This document shows, piece after piece, positions 37,851 through 50,351 of a DNA stretch of 63,925 nucleotides; within the stretch, counting starts at the first letter, position 1; every line of letters starts with the position of its first letter. The notes under the pieces are model-generated. The model had not been told where the DNA came from. It saw only the letters and a program-made list of their open reading frames with translations, and ran no database searches. The DNA lies in NCBI RefSeq assembly GCF_001194135.2, contig NC_068986.1, positions 66,444,741 to 66,508,665 on the forward strand, in the 5' to 3' direction. The position numbers and the translations under genes were made by a program. The stretch comes from Octopus bimaculoides. Its lineage: Eukaryota.

Positions 37851-38686
37851 TGTGAGCAGAGAAGATGGATGGATGGATACACTTTCTGTTTCTGCCAATC
37901 CACTGGCATAAAAATTCAAGCCATAGAGGCCAGAATTGAACAAGTTGTCAGTTATCTGACTAACATTGTAAATGACAGTGTGTCCTTTTCTCTCTCAGTT
38001 TGTGTCTTCACCACCTGATATGTGCATTAAAAGCAATCAGCTGTTATGGTACTTTCACTATCTCTGTATTTCATTGAAAAACTGACAGATTGCTAAGTTA
38101 GCTGAAAATTGAGTACAAATATATTTGGAGACACTAGCTGTATGCTTAAGAAGTCAGCTTCCCAACCATGTAGCCTTGGGTTCAGTACCACACCTGATAC
38201 CTTGTGAAAGTGTCTTCTATGATAACACCGGGTTGACTAATGCCTTGTGAGATTTGGTAGACAGAACCCATTGAGTATATATATATACACAAATACATGT
38301 GTGTGTGTGTGTGTGTGTGAATGCATGTGTATGTGTGTGTATATGTATATATGCATGCAAACTATGAATGTATGTATGAATATGTGTGTGTTTTCCTTTG
38401 TTACATGATGGTAGTAAAAGAGCATTGTTTATTTCCAATCCTCAGTGCAAAACATGTCTGTCTATGGGGAAATATTACCTTGGTGGGAAACAGGTGAGTG
38501 TTGGTGACAGAAAGGGCATCTGACAGGAGAATATGACTAAAAAATTCCGTTTGATTCAAGGAAGCATAGAAAAAATGGACATGATAATAACGATGATGAT
38601 GATTGATTGATTGACTGAGTGAGAGAGTGATGAAATAAATGTCAATGTTTAGTCATAATACTGTATCAAACATTTAATTCCAAGAA

Positions 38687-38719
38687 TCATAAAATTATTG
38701 AATATTTCGTTTTCTTCCT
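38687..38719 (-). CDS. FBH1: Possible FBH1 terminal coding exon
   Basis: Strong acceptor cttgtatttctttgcag, phase 0: RKKTKYSIIL*. Supported only by splice signal and phase. Confidence 0.25.
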   Translation of the reverse strand, partial: RKKTKYSIIL

Positions 38720-40314
38720 CTGCAAAGAAATACAAGCACTTCAATATAGAAATCACAGACAGCTTTATATAGAATCAATTATTACTGAGTAGTTTCTGTT
38801 TCCTTGCAGAGAAAAGCCAGAGTTGGTTCCATATTGGAGACACATCGTTTACAAACTATTCCTCCTTCAAATATGTGACTCATCTACAAGAGAAAATAAT
38901 CAGATGAGAGACATCAATAAAAGATACAAATATTTTGGTATGTAAGGCAAAGAGTCATGCTTTGATAAGGTCTCAGATTCAGAATCATTGAAAACAAAAC
39001 CCTATATTGGAAATATAACAGCAAGACAAAAGAGAAACAGAAGGCTCCTTACATTAAAATGAAAGATTGTTTATGATGGTTTTGTTAATAGTTCAGTCAA
39101 TAGCAACTTATTCAAGACTCCAAGTATAACTCAGAATAGGTACCAGGAAAAAGCATAGGAATTATTTCTTTGTATGACCATTTCCTCATGCTAACATGGA
39201 TTAGTTGAATATCATCATCATCATCATCATCATCGTTTAATGTCCGCTTTCCATGCTAGCATGGGTTGGACGATTTGACTGAGGACTGGTGAAACCGGAT
39301 GGCAACACCAGGCTCCAAATGCTGGGGTAATGCTTACAGTAGGATACCTTTCCTGCTGTGAGCCCTTACTAGTTTTTCATGTAAGATAGTTTTCAATTTA
39401 CTTGCTTTTGAAAGCAAAGAGCTACCAAAGGATTTGTTGACAGGGAAATAACATAGAACAATGGCCACGGCTCAGTAACTCTTTTTATGCAAACATAGGA
39501 GATAAAGATTCATATCATCATTGTTTAATGTCAAATAACTTGCATCATGACAGTCTCTTTGCAGAGATCAGAATCAATATTTGTGTTCCACCTGCCTTGA
39601 TACCTAGTCTCCAAGTTGCTCAAGCTTGATGCTTTTTATTTACTGAATATACTTAAACCATGATTTTTGTTTTCACTTTTGTAGTTGCATTTACTTTAAA
39701 TGATATTGAAAAACTGTTCCCAAAGTTATGTCAAGCTCCATATATGGGTTTGCATTTGATGAAGCCAAATCTATCCTTAGAAATGCTGACAATACTGGAA
39801 ATGTTGAAAAATGGACATTTGAATTTGTGAAAAATCTTGATGTGATAGAGCAAAATGGATTTCATTTTCGAAATCAGCATTGATTTTTGAAATCAGACAC
39901 CAGGCAACAAAAACCATGTTCCCCAATGTTATAGGAGAACTTTATTACAATTATTGATATGTAGAAAACTTGCCACACGAATAACGCTGCGCATATGTAT
40001 ATACACTTTTTTGTAGGTGCGGGCATGGCTCTGTGGTTAGGAAGCTTGCTTCCCAGCTACATGGTTTTGGGTTCAGTCCCACCGCGTGGCATCTTGGGCA
40101 AGTGTCTTCTGCTATAGCCCCGAGCCGACCGAAGCTTTGTGATTGAATTTGGTACGCGGAAGTTACTGCCATGTGTGTATATGTCTGTGTATGTGCTTGT
40201 GCCTCTCTCCGAAAGAGAGAGAGAGGGATGGATATTCTTTTGGAAATATTTGTACAAGGTTGAAGATAAAAGAAATTTGAAAGAGAAGAATATAAAAGAA
40301 AATATTAATCTTAC

Positions 40315-40452
40315 CGTTTGAACAGTTTCTCTGCAGAGAAAAATATCTGTTTTCTTGCTTTTTTGTTTTACAACTGAAATACACATGCTACAAACCAAGG
40401 ATTTTCCACAAGTTTCCAATCCATCAAACATTACAACTTGCAAACTTGAACC
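40315..40452 (-). CDS. FBH1: FBH1 exon, Cys-containing C-terminal region
   Basis: ttttttttcacag|GSSLQVVMFDGLETCGKSLVCSMCISVVKQKSKKTDIFLCRETVQT|gtaaga, phase 0 to 0. Confidence 0.75.
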
Positions 40453-42843
40453 CTGTGAAAAAAAACATACAGTTATATAAAATTAAATTTCAATGAATCA
40501 AACATCAAATAGCTCCTTAATGTTTGAGTGACAACATTAAATAATTACAATCTTTAACATGACTGATGAATAAATCTTTAAGGTGGCTTTGAAGTAGAAG
40601 TTTATATTTCCAATATAAGGTTTCAAAACGATTAACAATATCGAAACCTATGTTAGAAGTAAAGATTAAGGTTCTGAGTTCAAACATAGCCTAAACAAGT
40701 GTATACATTCTCTCTTTTACAAACACACACATACAAGTGTGTGTGTATGTGTTGTAAAACTCTGCTGTCTCACATTAATTTCTTTCCTTTCAACTTTTCC
40801 CTGAAGAAATGCTCATCCAAAACATTGGATTTTTCAATCCCCACAGCAAGTTCACTGCACTCACTTTATTGATTTTACTATATAATATAAATCTTGCTGA
40901 TACAGACCAATACCAGCCTCTTTGGAGTCTGATCTCTCTTTCTCTCTCTCTCTCACACACAAACACATAAATATATACATACATATATGATGCCATGTAA
41001 AAAGCATTGTGCTGGTGCCACATTAAAAGCACTGTGCTGATACCACATAAAAGTACCCAATACACTCTGTAAAAGGGCTGGCATTAGGAAGGGCATCCAG
41101 CTGTAGAAACCATGCCAGACCAGACAATGGAGCTTGTGCAGCCCCTAACCTTACCAGCTCTTGTCAAACTGTTCAGCCTATGCCAGCATGGAAAACAAAG
41201 AATTGGGTGGAGTAAGTTCAGGGCACTATTATCTCTGTTGGTGATAAAAGTGAAAAGCAGATTGTATGATGCTTGTAGACAAACATCAATGCTACATGCA
41301 GAGGAGATGTGAAAACTAGAAAGGAATGAGTCTAGTAAGCTCTGATGGATGTGCAACCTCAGTGTGCAGGTACAACAAAGAACGAAGGTATTGAAGGAAA
41401 AATTGGACACAAGAGGAATCAGACTTAGTGTGCAAGACAGAAGATGCATATGGATGACAACAACTGTTGTACAGAAGAGCCAATCACTTAAAGTGATAGT
41501 ATTTGTGGAAGAGGGAGACCCAGGAATACATGGGACAAAGTAGGAAGGTTGATCTCAAGATGTTGAGTCACACAGTGAAGATGAAGGACCAAGATGACTG
41601 GTGTTTCATAGAGATCGATAAAACTCATTAACCAAAATGAAAGTGAGGCCCTAAAAGCATTCTGCTTATGTCTCTACACTCACTAGGCTCTGGTCCAGCA
41701 CTCAGCCTATGTAAAGTGGCTGGCATTAGGAAGTGCTTCCAGCCATAAAAACCATGCCAAAACAGACAAAATGGAGCCTGGACAGCTCTCAAGCTGACTA
41801 GTTCCTGTTAAGCCATCAAGGTATCCACACCTCTCATCTTTTTAATGCCCATCCCTCAATCACTTTTCAAACAGCTGCAGTAATCATATAACAGCAGAAT
41901 CTGCACATATTTCTTCCCCTTTCTGCTATTAGTTACCTCCCTCTCTCCTGAAACTACCTCCTTTAACATCTATCTCTCATTCCCAATATCATCCTTTCCT
42001 ACTTTATTTTCTATTGATCACCTCTTTCTGTACCTCCAGTTGTTTCGCCTTCATATCTGAGCTACATCTTAGGACTATTATTCTTCATTTTTAACACCCA
42101 CCATATCTTGTCGACGGCTCTCCCAATGTTTCTCCACTCACTATAGCCACCACTATGTATCTCTAACCACCATCTCTGTCCCTGTATATCTTACTCAATC
42201 AGCACATCATCTTCCTATTTTGCAATCTATCCACAGGTTTTCCATATTTCCTGATCTATCAAAAAATTATTACACTATTGCACTCTATCCCTCCTGTTAC
42301 TGCTGACCACTTCGTAGATCCCCAGCACCACTCTTGTACATCATTTATTACATTAACTTCTAAATTTAATCACCTGTCCCACTCTTATCACTCTCATCAT
42401 CATCATTATTTAACATCCGTTCTTCATACTGGCATGGGTTGGATGGCTTAACAGGAACTAGTCAGCTTGAGAGCTGTCCAGGCTCCATTTTGTCTGTTTT
42501 GGCATGGTTTTTATGGCTGGAAGCACTTCCTAATGCCAGCCACTTTACATAATGTACTAGGTGCTTTTAATGTGACATTGACATGGGCACTTTTATATGG
42601 CACTGGCACAGGCGCTTTTATGAGACACTGGCACAGGTGCCTTTGCATGGCACTAGCACACTTCAGTTCATATTTTCAAGTACAATCATTTTCTTGTACC
42701 TTGAAGGTATGCTCTAACACATCATCAACATCCTTATCTCTTTTTCAGTTACTCCCACCCACTTCAATATAATTTTCTGAAATCATTACTCATCAATGTT
42801 ATTCTCACAAACTTTATATTAGAATCAAAATCTGAATACTCAC

Positions 42844-42944
42844 ACTAAACTCACTAATTAGATGGTGTAAATAGTCTGTTAAATACAGAGAATACTTTGC
42901 TCGAGTTATGGCCACATAAAATAGATTTCTCTCATCTTGCGTAT
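42844..42944 (-). CDS. FBH1: FBH1 exon, helicase motif VI
   Basis: ttttag|DTQDERNLFYVAITRAKYSLYLTDYLHHLISEFS|gtgagt, phase 1 to 0. Confidence 0.95.
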
Positions 42945-43850
42945 CTAAAAATAATAAAAGAAAGAATTATACTGAAATGCTTAAATATGATTAAGGATTA
43001 TGAAATTATCATCAAAAACAACATTTATGGGAAGTGAGTAGCTAGGATGTTAGCCTTGCTGTTGGCAAAGATATTTAATTGTCCACTTAGTTGATATTTA
43101 GTTATAGTTGCTCTCAGTGATTAGTGTCGAGCTTACAATCTTGAGGTAGTGAGTTCAATTCCTGGATCGGGCTGTGTATTGTGCTCTTGAGCAAGGCACT
43201 TTTTTCACATTTCTCCAGTTCACTCAGCTGTAGAAATGAGTTGCAATGTCATTAGTTCCAAGTTGTATTGGCCTCTGCCTTTCCCTTGGATAACACTGGC
43301 AGCATGGAGAGGGGAGGCTAGTATGCATGGGTGACTGCTAGTCTTCCATAAACAACCTTGCCTGGATTTGCCTGGAAAGGGTAACTTTCTAGGTGCAATC
43401 TCATGGTCATTCATGACTGAAGGAGGTCTTTACCTTTCACCCTTTAGCTGCAAGTGAGCCCTGGTTAAACAGACCTATGATCAAAAGTATTTAGGTACAA
43501 CATTTCTAAGAAGTACATCGTTCAATGTGTCCTTTCATTTATTAAGACAGCAGGGTGTGATTTGAAGATTTGGTTATGCAGGCCGGATAAACAAGAGTAA
43601 GTGGGCTGGATTCAAGTATAAACTAAACTTTGTGGCTCAAATAGGGACAATTATTTCTAACAACCCTATTCATAATGAAGGCCAAAATAAATGTATGAAG
43701 GGGTCAAAATACATTGTAACAACTTTATTAACAAAAAGGAAAGAATAAGAAGTGTTAGCAAAGTTTGCATGATGTGTAGAGAAATGTGTAGAAAAATCTC
43801 ATTAAATTACATGGTATACATACAGTTCTATTAAATAAGAGTCCTTAGAG

Positions 43851-44100
43851 CAGTGGTTCTTAACACTTATTATCATCTGTGGACCCCTTTGATTCCTACT
43901 TTATGCTACTGGCCTCCATAGCAATTTCATGCATTAAAATATGCTATTATATTTTTATAGTTAAATATTATAAGGAATTGTATGAAATATTTTGTGTATT
44001 GAATAAGTATAACCAATTTTATGGCACGTAAATGTTAACAACAAAATCTTAGGTCATACCAATTCGCAAGGGCCATATGGACCCCAGTTGAGAACCACTA
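43851..44100. mobile_element. hAT/Charlie-type MITE with perfect 8-bp TSD
   Basis: TIRs cagtggttct / agaaccacta. TSD ccttagag at 43843-43850 and 44101-44108. Confidence 0.9.
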
Positions 44101-44236
44101 CCTTAGAGTTAGGACAGAGAGAGGAATCATTCAATTGGATGCATACAATTCTTGAGAAAACCAATGTTTGATAAAAAGTCTAATGACTGAAAACAAATAA
44201 ACAATAAAAGAGATAGAAGTAAAGATAAAATGACAT

Positions 44237-44465
44237 TAGCCCTTTCGATTTCAACCTGCCTGAGAGTGCCCCTGGTTCTATGGCACAAATCTCTTATTTT
44301 AAAGTGATTTAAATTAAATTCTACCATCAAAGTTTCATGTTAATTTATATTCCAAATATCACTTTAAAAACGACAAAGTCATTTTATTAAATTCTTCATT
44401 ATTTTCAAAATTAACTGAAACAACGGTAGTGTATTTCAAAAGAAATATGGTAACAAAAAGAATAA
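44237..44465. mobile_element. piggyBac-type MITE (degraded)
   Basis: Begins ttagccctttcg and ends gtaacaaaaagaataa; degenerate TTAA-CCCTTT ends. Confidence 0.45.
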
Positions 44466-45689
44466 TCATTAATTTTGGTTGAAAAAAAAAAGACAGGGGA
44501 GGTAACTCTGAAAATTAAATTAATTACAAACAGAATGCAAGTATGCAGTAGAGTATGAGCTTCATCTTTTACAAGTAATGGCAGTGTTGTCAACATTCTC
44601 TTTCTCCATTGGGCTATCACACAATTTTCGATCGATCAATTAAATTTTCTCTCTTCTGTTTGTTTTATCTATCAATCTATTTATCCTTCTCCAACGAATA
44701 CTTTTTCCACTTCTGTATGTCAACTGCAATCACTGAGGTTGTCTTTCTTTGGTAGCGCCCCTTGTGGGTAATAAAAATTTTTGTCTTTCTTTGGTAGTTT
44801 AACTACTACACCCTTTGTCTACTCTTCTAGCACTGCTCTGTTTTCCCAACAGGTGTTGCAATCATTTGGTTAGATCTTGTACCGTGGTGTTTCCTTCGTT
44901 CTTCAGTAACACAGAATACTCAAGATCATTTACAGGAACAGAATCACAAACTCTGAAGTCCTGACAAGAGCCAATTTGTGCAGCATGCTAGAGATTGTGG
45001 CAAAAAGAATTAGACTGGCAGGTCATGTCTTTTCTCCTAACTGCCACTAGAATAAGTACCCAAGACAGCTATACAATGGTTACAACCAAAAGGATGAAAA
45101 AAGAGAGAGATATACAAAAAGACAAGGCATGCCACCTTCAAAGATCTGAAGAAACTTAGCATCCTTGGGAAGATCTATGCGACTATGCTCAAAACTGGGA
45201 TTATTGAAGATGTCTTGCTGCCAATATACAAACCAACTGTATGGAAGGGACTAAGACTAAGCATACCTATGAATGAAATAACTAATTATATCTAAGAACA
45301 GAGTTCTAGTGATGGTAGAATATAATTGGGTTTAGAAGAACTGAATGAGAGAGAGAGAGAGAGAGNNNNNNNNNNNNNNNNNNNNNNNNNNNNNNNNNNN
45401 NNNNNNNNNNNNNNNNNNNNNNNNNNNNNNNNNNNNNNNNNNNNNNNNNNNNNNNNNNNNNNNNNNNNNNNNNNNNNNNNNNNNNNNNNNNNNNNNNNNN
45501 NNNNNNNNNNNNNNNNNNNNNNNNNNNNNNNNNNNNNNNNNNNNNNNNNNNNNNNNNNNNNNNNNNNNNNNNNNNNNNNNNNNNNNNNNNNNNNNNNNNN
45601 NNNNNNNNNNNNNNNNNNNNNNNNNNNNNNNNNNNNNNNNNNNNNNNNNNNNNNNNNNNNNNNNNNNNNNNNNNNNNNNNNNNNNNNNN

Positions 45690-45741
<52 letters not shown>

Positions 45742-45958
45742 AAGTTGTCAGAATGATTAAGGCATTGGATCATGCTTCCATTCTTGTGTCTGGATTTTAC
45801 CATTCTGGATAGTCACTAATTTTTGCTCTAATAAATCATAGTTATTTATTTAAATTTGAAGAATTATTAAAACTCAAGGATTGTTGATGAATTTCATGCT
45901 TGTTATGAGAAATTAGATAAGGAAGTGGTAATGAATAAGGAGTTTTAATTACACAAAC

Positions 45959-46036
45959 CTAAGTTGAAGTCATCAAGAATCTTCACAGTATCAAATTCAA
46001 GGCCTTTAGATTTGTGGGCAGTAGTGAAGACCATTT
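45959..46036 (-). CDS. FBH1: FBH1 exon, helicase motif V
   Basis: ttttattttag|EMVFTTAHKSKGLEFDTVKILDDFNL|gtttgt, phase 1 to 1. Confidence 0.95.
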
Positions 46037-46606
46037 CTAAAATAAAAGAAAAATTAAGAGAAAAAAATAACAAAAAGAAAAATGCAAAAAGAAAAACACA
46101 CACACACAAAAAAACCCCCCAACATTATCATTCTTGTCATCATTTAATGTTCCTTTTTCCATACTTGCATGGGTCAAAGAGAATTTGATGAAGTAGATTT
46201 TATGCAACTGGATGCCTTTCCAATTACCAACCCTCACCTGGTTCCAAACAAAGTAATACTTTCCTATGGCCAGACATGTGTTTCTTAGAAGACTGGAAAC
46301 AAATGACATCACCAGTATTATGAAGATGCTTGTTTATGACCGTCACATGATGTCAAGACAAGGATTTACATGAACACACATATGGATATATCTACTAATC
46401 TGTAATATTATTTTGCTTGTAATGGTGTTGCGTATTGAAGTCCTATGCTTTAAACAATCTTAAATATGGAGCAAAATTGAAATTATTAACATAATTTGCT
46501 TACTGGAGTAATCAAGTTTCAATGGAGTTGTAATGGCATCATTGTAATATAATGTACACCAGACTTCACTATTTGACATGGTTGTGTGCCAGATATTGGA
46601 TCAGTT

Positions 46607-46772
46607 TTAACCCTTTAGCATTCAGATTAATCTATCAACAGTAATGCTTATTTATTTACATTGTTTCAAATTAACTATGCATTATCTCATGACTTCAAGA
46701 TGTCAATGAAGTGGTAGCTTATTTTGCATAACATTGCATATTTGGGCCAGATAAGGCCTGCTCAAAGATTAA
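46607..46772. mobile_element. piggyBac-type MITE
   Basis: TTAA|ccctttagcattcag ... ctcaaaga|TTAA. Confidence 0.6.
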
Positions 46773-46789
46773 TAATTTTCCTCATTCAT

Positions 46790-47035
46790 TACTTGTCACT
46801 GATCATCTTTTCTGCTATCTGGCACTCTATAGTTTCCTAAAGAATGGTCTTTGTAAGATCTTGTTACATGGCTATAACATCTCAGCTCTCTTTTCTTTAC
46901 TGCTGTGTGAAGTTCATCATGGAGACCAATGTGATGCTGGATGGGTTTCTGAACCTGCTCATTTGTGATATGGTCTGAGTATGTGATACTTAAGATGCTG
47001 CAGTAACATCTCATTTCTAGTGCCTGCATTTTTCT
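46790..47035 (-). mobile_element. RTE-like LINE fragment
   Basis: QALEMRCYCSILSITYSDHITNEQV...VKKRELRCYSHVTR. Confidence 0.8.
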
Positions 47036-47040
47036 TTGAA

Positions 47041-47621
47041 ATTATGTTCTGAAATTCCTTTATGTTTTTTTTCATATATCAAGGGAACTACTGGTTTTGG
47101 ATTGAATGTGCTTCGTGATATCCATTCTCTATTAGTTGGTGAAAGCCCAGTTAAAGGTAACACTTTGTCAAGCATTACTTCTTTATCAGTAGTAAATAAG
47201 TAAATGTCTCCTAATCCTGGCTGTGATGCTCCCCAACTACTCTTGCTCATGATTAGAGATGCACATATTGTCAGCCACTAAGGGACATGCTCAAGTGACT
47301 GACAAGCAAATCTGTGGTATTGCTATAACAATATTTCTGCTTCAGCAACTCAGCACTGTTTGAAATGTAATGGAACATATATCAGTTTCAAAACATTGAT
47401 GTCCAGGTCACAAAAGCAAAGTTTGAAGGGAATAGTAGGCATTTCCTTTGATTTCTAGATAGAAACAAATAAGAAATGACACTTACTGACCAAAGAAGAA
47501 ACATATAAAAATTTTGTTACACAGTGTGATAGAAGCCACCCAAGATATCATGCAGTGAGGTTGCACCTGAAACTACATGAATACCAATTAAATGTCCTAA
47601 CTACAGAACCATGTCTGTGCC
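47041..47621 (+). repeat. Inverted copy of 49810-50392, including an antisense copy of an FBH1 exon (47084-47156)
   Basis: Reverse-complement match over ~580 bp with only scattered mismatches and small indels. Confidence 0.97.
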
Positions 47622-48850
47622 GATTCTGAAGCACATACATACAACAAAATGGAGAGTACCAGACACAACAGTCTGAATTTGCTCTTCATGGTAATGTTTC
47701 TACCTCTCCATTGTTTGGTTTGCATGGACTGTGTACATCTTGTAAAAATTTCTGGGTTGACCCTTTATCATTAATGATTGTCCTCAAAGATTTGTGTTGC
47801 TACTATCTTTAGTTTCTGTCCTTGTACAGAGAAGTCTGTTTTGATGATTGTAAAGTCATATTATATAATTAGTTCTGAAGAACTCTCACTGCCATTCTTG
47901 TTCGTCTTGTGGTCATTTTAATGATTTTTCTTCATGCAGACATAAGTTTATGAGTTAAATATATTTCAAATAGGCATATTGTCATTCTTCACCAGGGTCA
48001 AACATCCTGAGATCCAAACTCACTGCTTCTGCTTTATTGGCCTTTCTTGCCAAGAATAATTGCCCAGTACACATATTTTTCAACCAACAGATATTGTCCA
48101 GTCACATTACATGGCCATATGATATAAATAATAATAATAATAAAAAAATGTAAATTAAGAAAACATCTAGGCATTAAGGAAATGTATCAGTGTGCAAAAA
48201 TGGCAGCTTCACTCTTATGGTCATGTGATGTGAATGGGCAATATCTATTGGTTCAAAAAATATGTACCAGGCAGCCACGACATGCACCTTATATGTCATG
48301 AAAATTGACACTGCATGTCCAAACAACTTTTTTCAACTTATTACCTTAAGCTATATAACTCTCAGATAATGGGCTATGAGTGTATAAGTTCAAAAGATAT
48401 ACTGTATTGTGTTTATGAACAGTAGCTGTATGGTTAAGAAGTTAGCCTTGTAATCACAAGGCTTTGAGTTCAATCCACCGCATGGTACTTTGAGCACTTG
48501 AGCAAATGTATTCTACTATAGCCTCAAATTGATCAGTTTGAGTAGAATTTGGTAGATAAACTGTGTGAAGAAGCCTTTCACATATGTGTCTGTGTTTATA
48601 CCAATCTAAAAATTAGTTTGTTTATACTGTGTCCCTTTCTTTCCTATAACATATTGGTTTGACAAATAAAGAACAGTAGAGTAAATATCAGATTGACATA
48701 AGTACTAGGGTTGACATGAAGGAGGCACCCCAGTATGACTGCTGTTCAATAACAGAAGCCCATGAAAGATTAATGCATTATAACCCACTCGATCCATAAG
48801 TTATAATTTTAAATTTAATCATAAGTCACATTTACAAAAAGATAACTTAC

Positions 48851-49036
48851 CAGCATCTCGAATTTCTTTTATTTCTGACTCCTGGAAGAAGTTTAGGATC
48901 TTTGGCAGATGAATGGCATATGTCTGTGCAATTTGAATCTGTCCCAGCAGCTCATAGTCACAAGAGTGTTCAGCATATCGTTTCAAAGCATGAAAACTAG
49001 AGAACCGAGCAACAAAACTAGGTTTGTTCTGAGAGG
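48851..49036 (-). CDS. FBH1: FBH1 exon
   Basis: ctttgtattgcag|ASQNKPSFVARFSSFHALKRYAEHSCDYELLGQIQIAQTYAIHLPKILNFFQESEIKEIRDA|gtaagt, phase 1 to 1. Confidence 0.88.
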
Positions 49037-50278
49037 CTGCAATACAAAGAATATATTAATACTCATGTAAGATTGGCCAGAAGAAGAATGGTTGAAATCC
49101 CTCATCCAAACTATAATAATTAATAAGAATGTTAAAAGATTAAACATATCAATTACAAAAGGAAAGGCATGCCTATGTGATAAAAAGTTTGCTTCCCAAC
49201 TATGTGGCTCAGGGTTCAGTTCCATGAGTGGCACCTTGGGCAAGTGTCTTCTACTATAGCCTCAGGCTGACCAAAGCCTTGTGAGTAGATTTGGTGGATG
49301 AAAATTGAAAGAGGCTCATCTTATATGTGTGTGTGTGTGTTTGTTTGTCTCCCATCATCACTTAACCACTAGTGTTGGTGTGTTTACATCCCCATAACTT
49401 AGCAGTTTGGCAACAGAGACTGGTAGAATAAGTCTGACTAAAATTCTTCAAGATGGTGCTCCATCATGGCCACAGTTGAATGACTGAAAAAAAAATACAG
49501 AAAAGACAATTCTACTCATCAGCTCTTTCAAATAACAGTTGGTATGTTGCTGTGGTTAAAATTAACTGGGAGCTTGTATTAAGTATATACAAGGTAAAAA
49601 TCTGGAATTAGAGGAAATTGATGATGATCTCATGTCAATAACAGTTGGACATTAGGAGAGACCATTGAAGCACTTTGTAAATTCAGTTGTTTTGAAGAGT
49701 GAAGAACTTAGTGTTTCAAGATTTGCCCTTCAGTGGGTGGTAATTGTATTTAATGAACTGTTTAAGTATTTAGACCAGTGAATAAAGGTCTATTGATATA
49801 TGGATAATTGGCACAGACATGGTTCTGTGGTTAGGACATTTAATTGGTATTCATGTAGTTTCAGGTGCAACCTCACTGCATGACATCTTGGGTGGCTTCT
49901 ATCACAGTGTCATAAAATTTTAATATTTTTCTTCTTTGGTCAGTAAGTGTCATTTCTTATTTATTTCTATCTAGAAATCAAAGGAAATGCCTACTATTCC
50001 CTTCAAACTTTGCTTTTGTGACCTGGACATCAATGTTTTGAAATTGATATATGTTCCATTACATTTCAGACAGATTCAGTGCTGAGTTGCTGAAGCAGAA
50101 ATATTGTTATAGCAATACCACCGATTTGCTTGTCAGTCACTTGAGCATGTCCCTTAGTGGCTGACAATATGTGCATCTCTAATCATGAGCAAGAGTAGTT
50201 GGGGAGCATCACAGCCAGGATTAGGAGACATTTACTTATTTACTACTGATAAAGAAGTAATGCTTGACAAAGTGTTAC

Positions 50279-50351
50279 CTTTAACTGGGCTTTCACCAAC
50301 TAATAGAGAATGGATATCACGGAGCACATTAAATCCAAAACCAGTAGTTCC
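50279..50351 (-). CDS. FBH1: FBH1 exon (73 nt; the duplicated exon)
   Basis: ttttttcatatatcaag|GTTGFGFNVLRDIHSLLVGESPVK|gtaaca, phase 0 to 1. It is needed to connect the 51854 donor (phase 0) to the 49036 acceptor (phase 1). Confidence 0.85.

Noticed and set aside
47017-47250. ORF MSKSSWGASQ...PLIYEKK present twice (also 50185-50373)
   Set aside because: It is the antisense reading of the duplicated FBH1 exon plus repeat sequence, not a separate gene.
49028-49036. Alternative acceptor 8 nt inside the exon (CAG|AAC)
   Set aside because: I first used it to bypass a missing exon. It became unnecessary once the 73-nt exon was found, and it would shift the frame.
49580-49790. Plus-strand stretch faintly like a BACK domain (VLKSEELSVS..LQWV)
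   Set aside because: It has in-frame stops, no splice support and too little similarity to claim.
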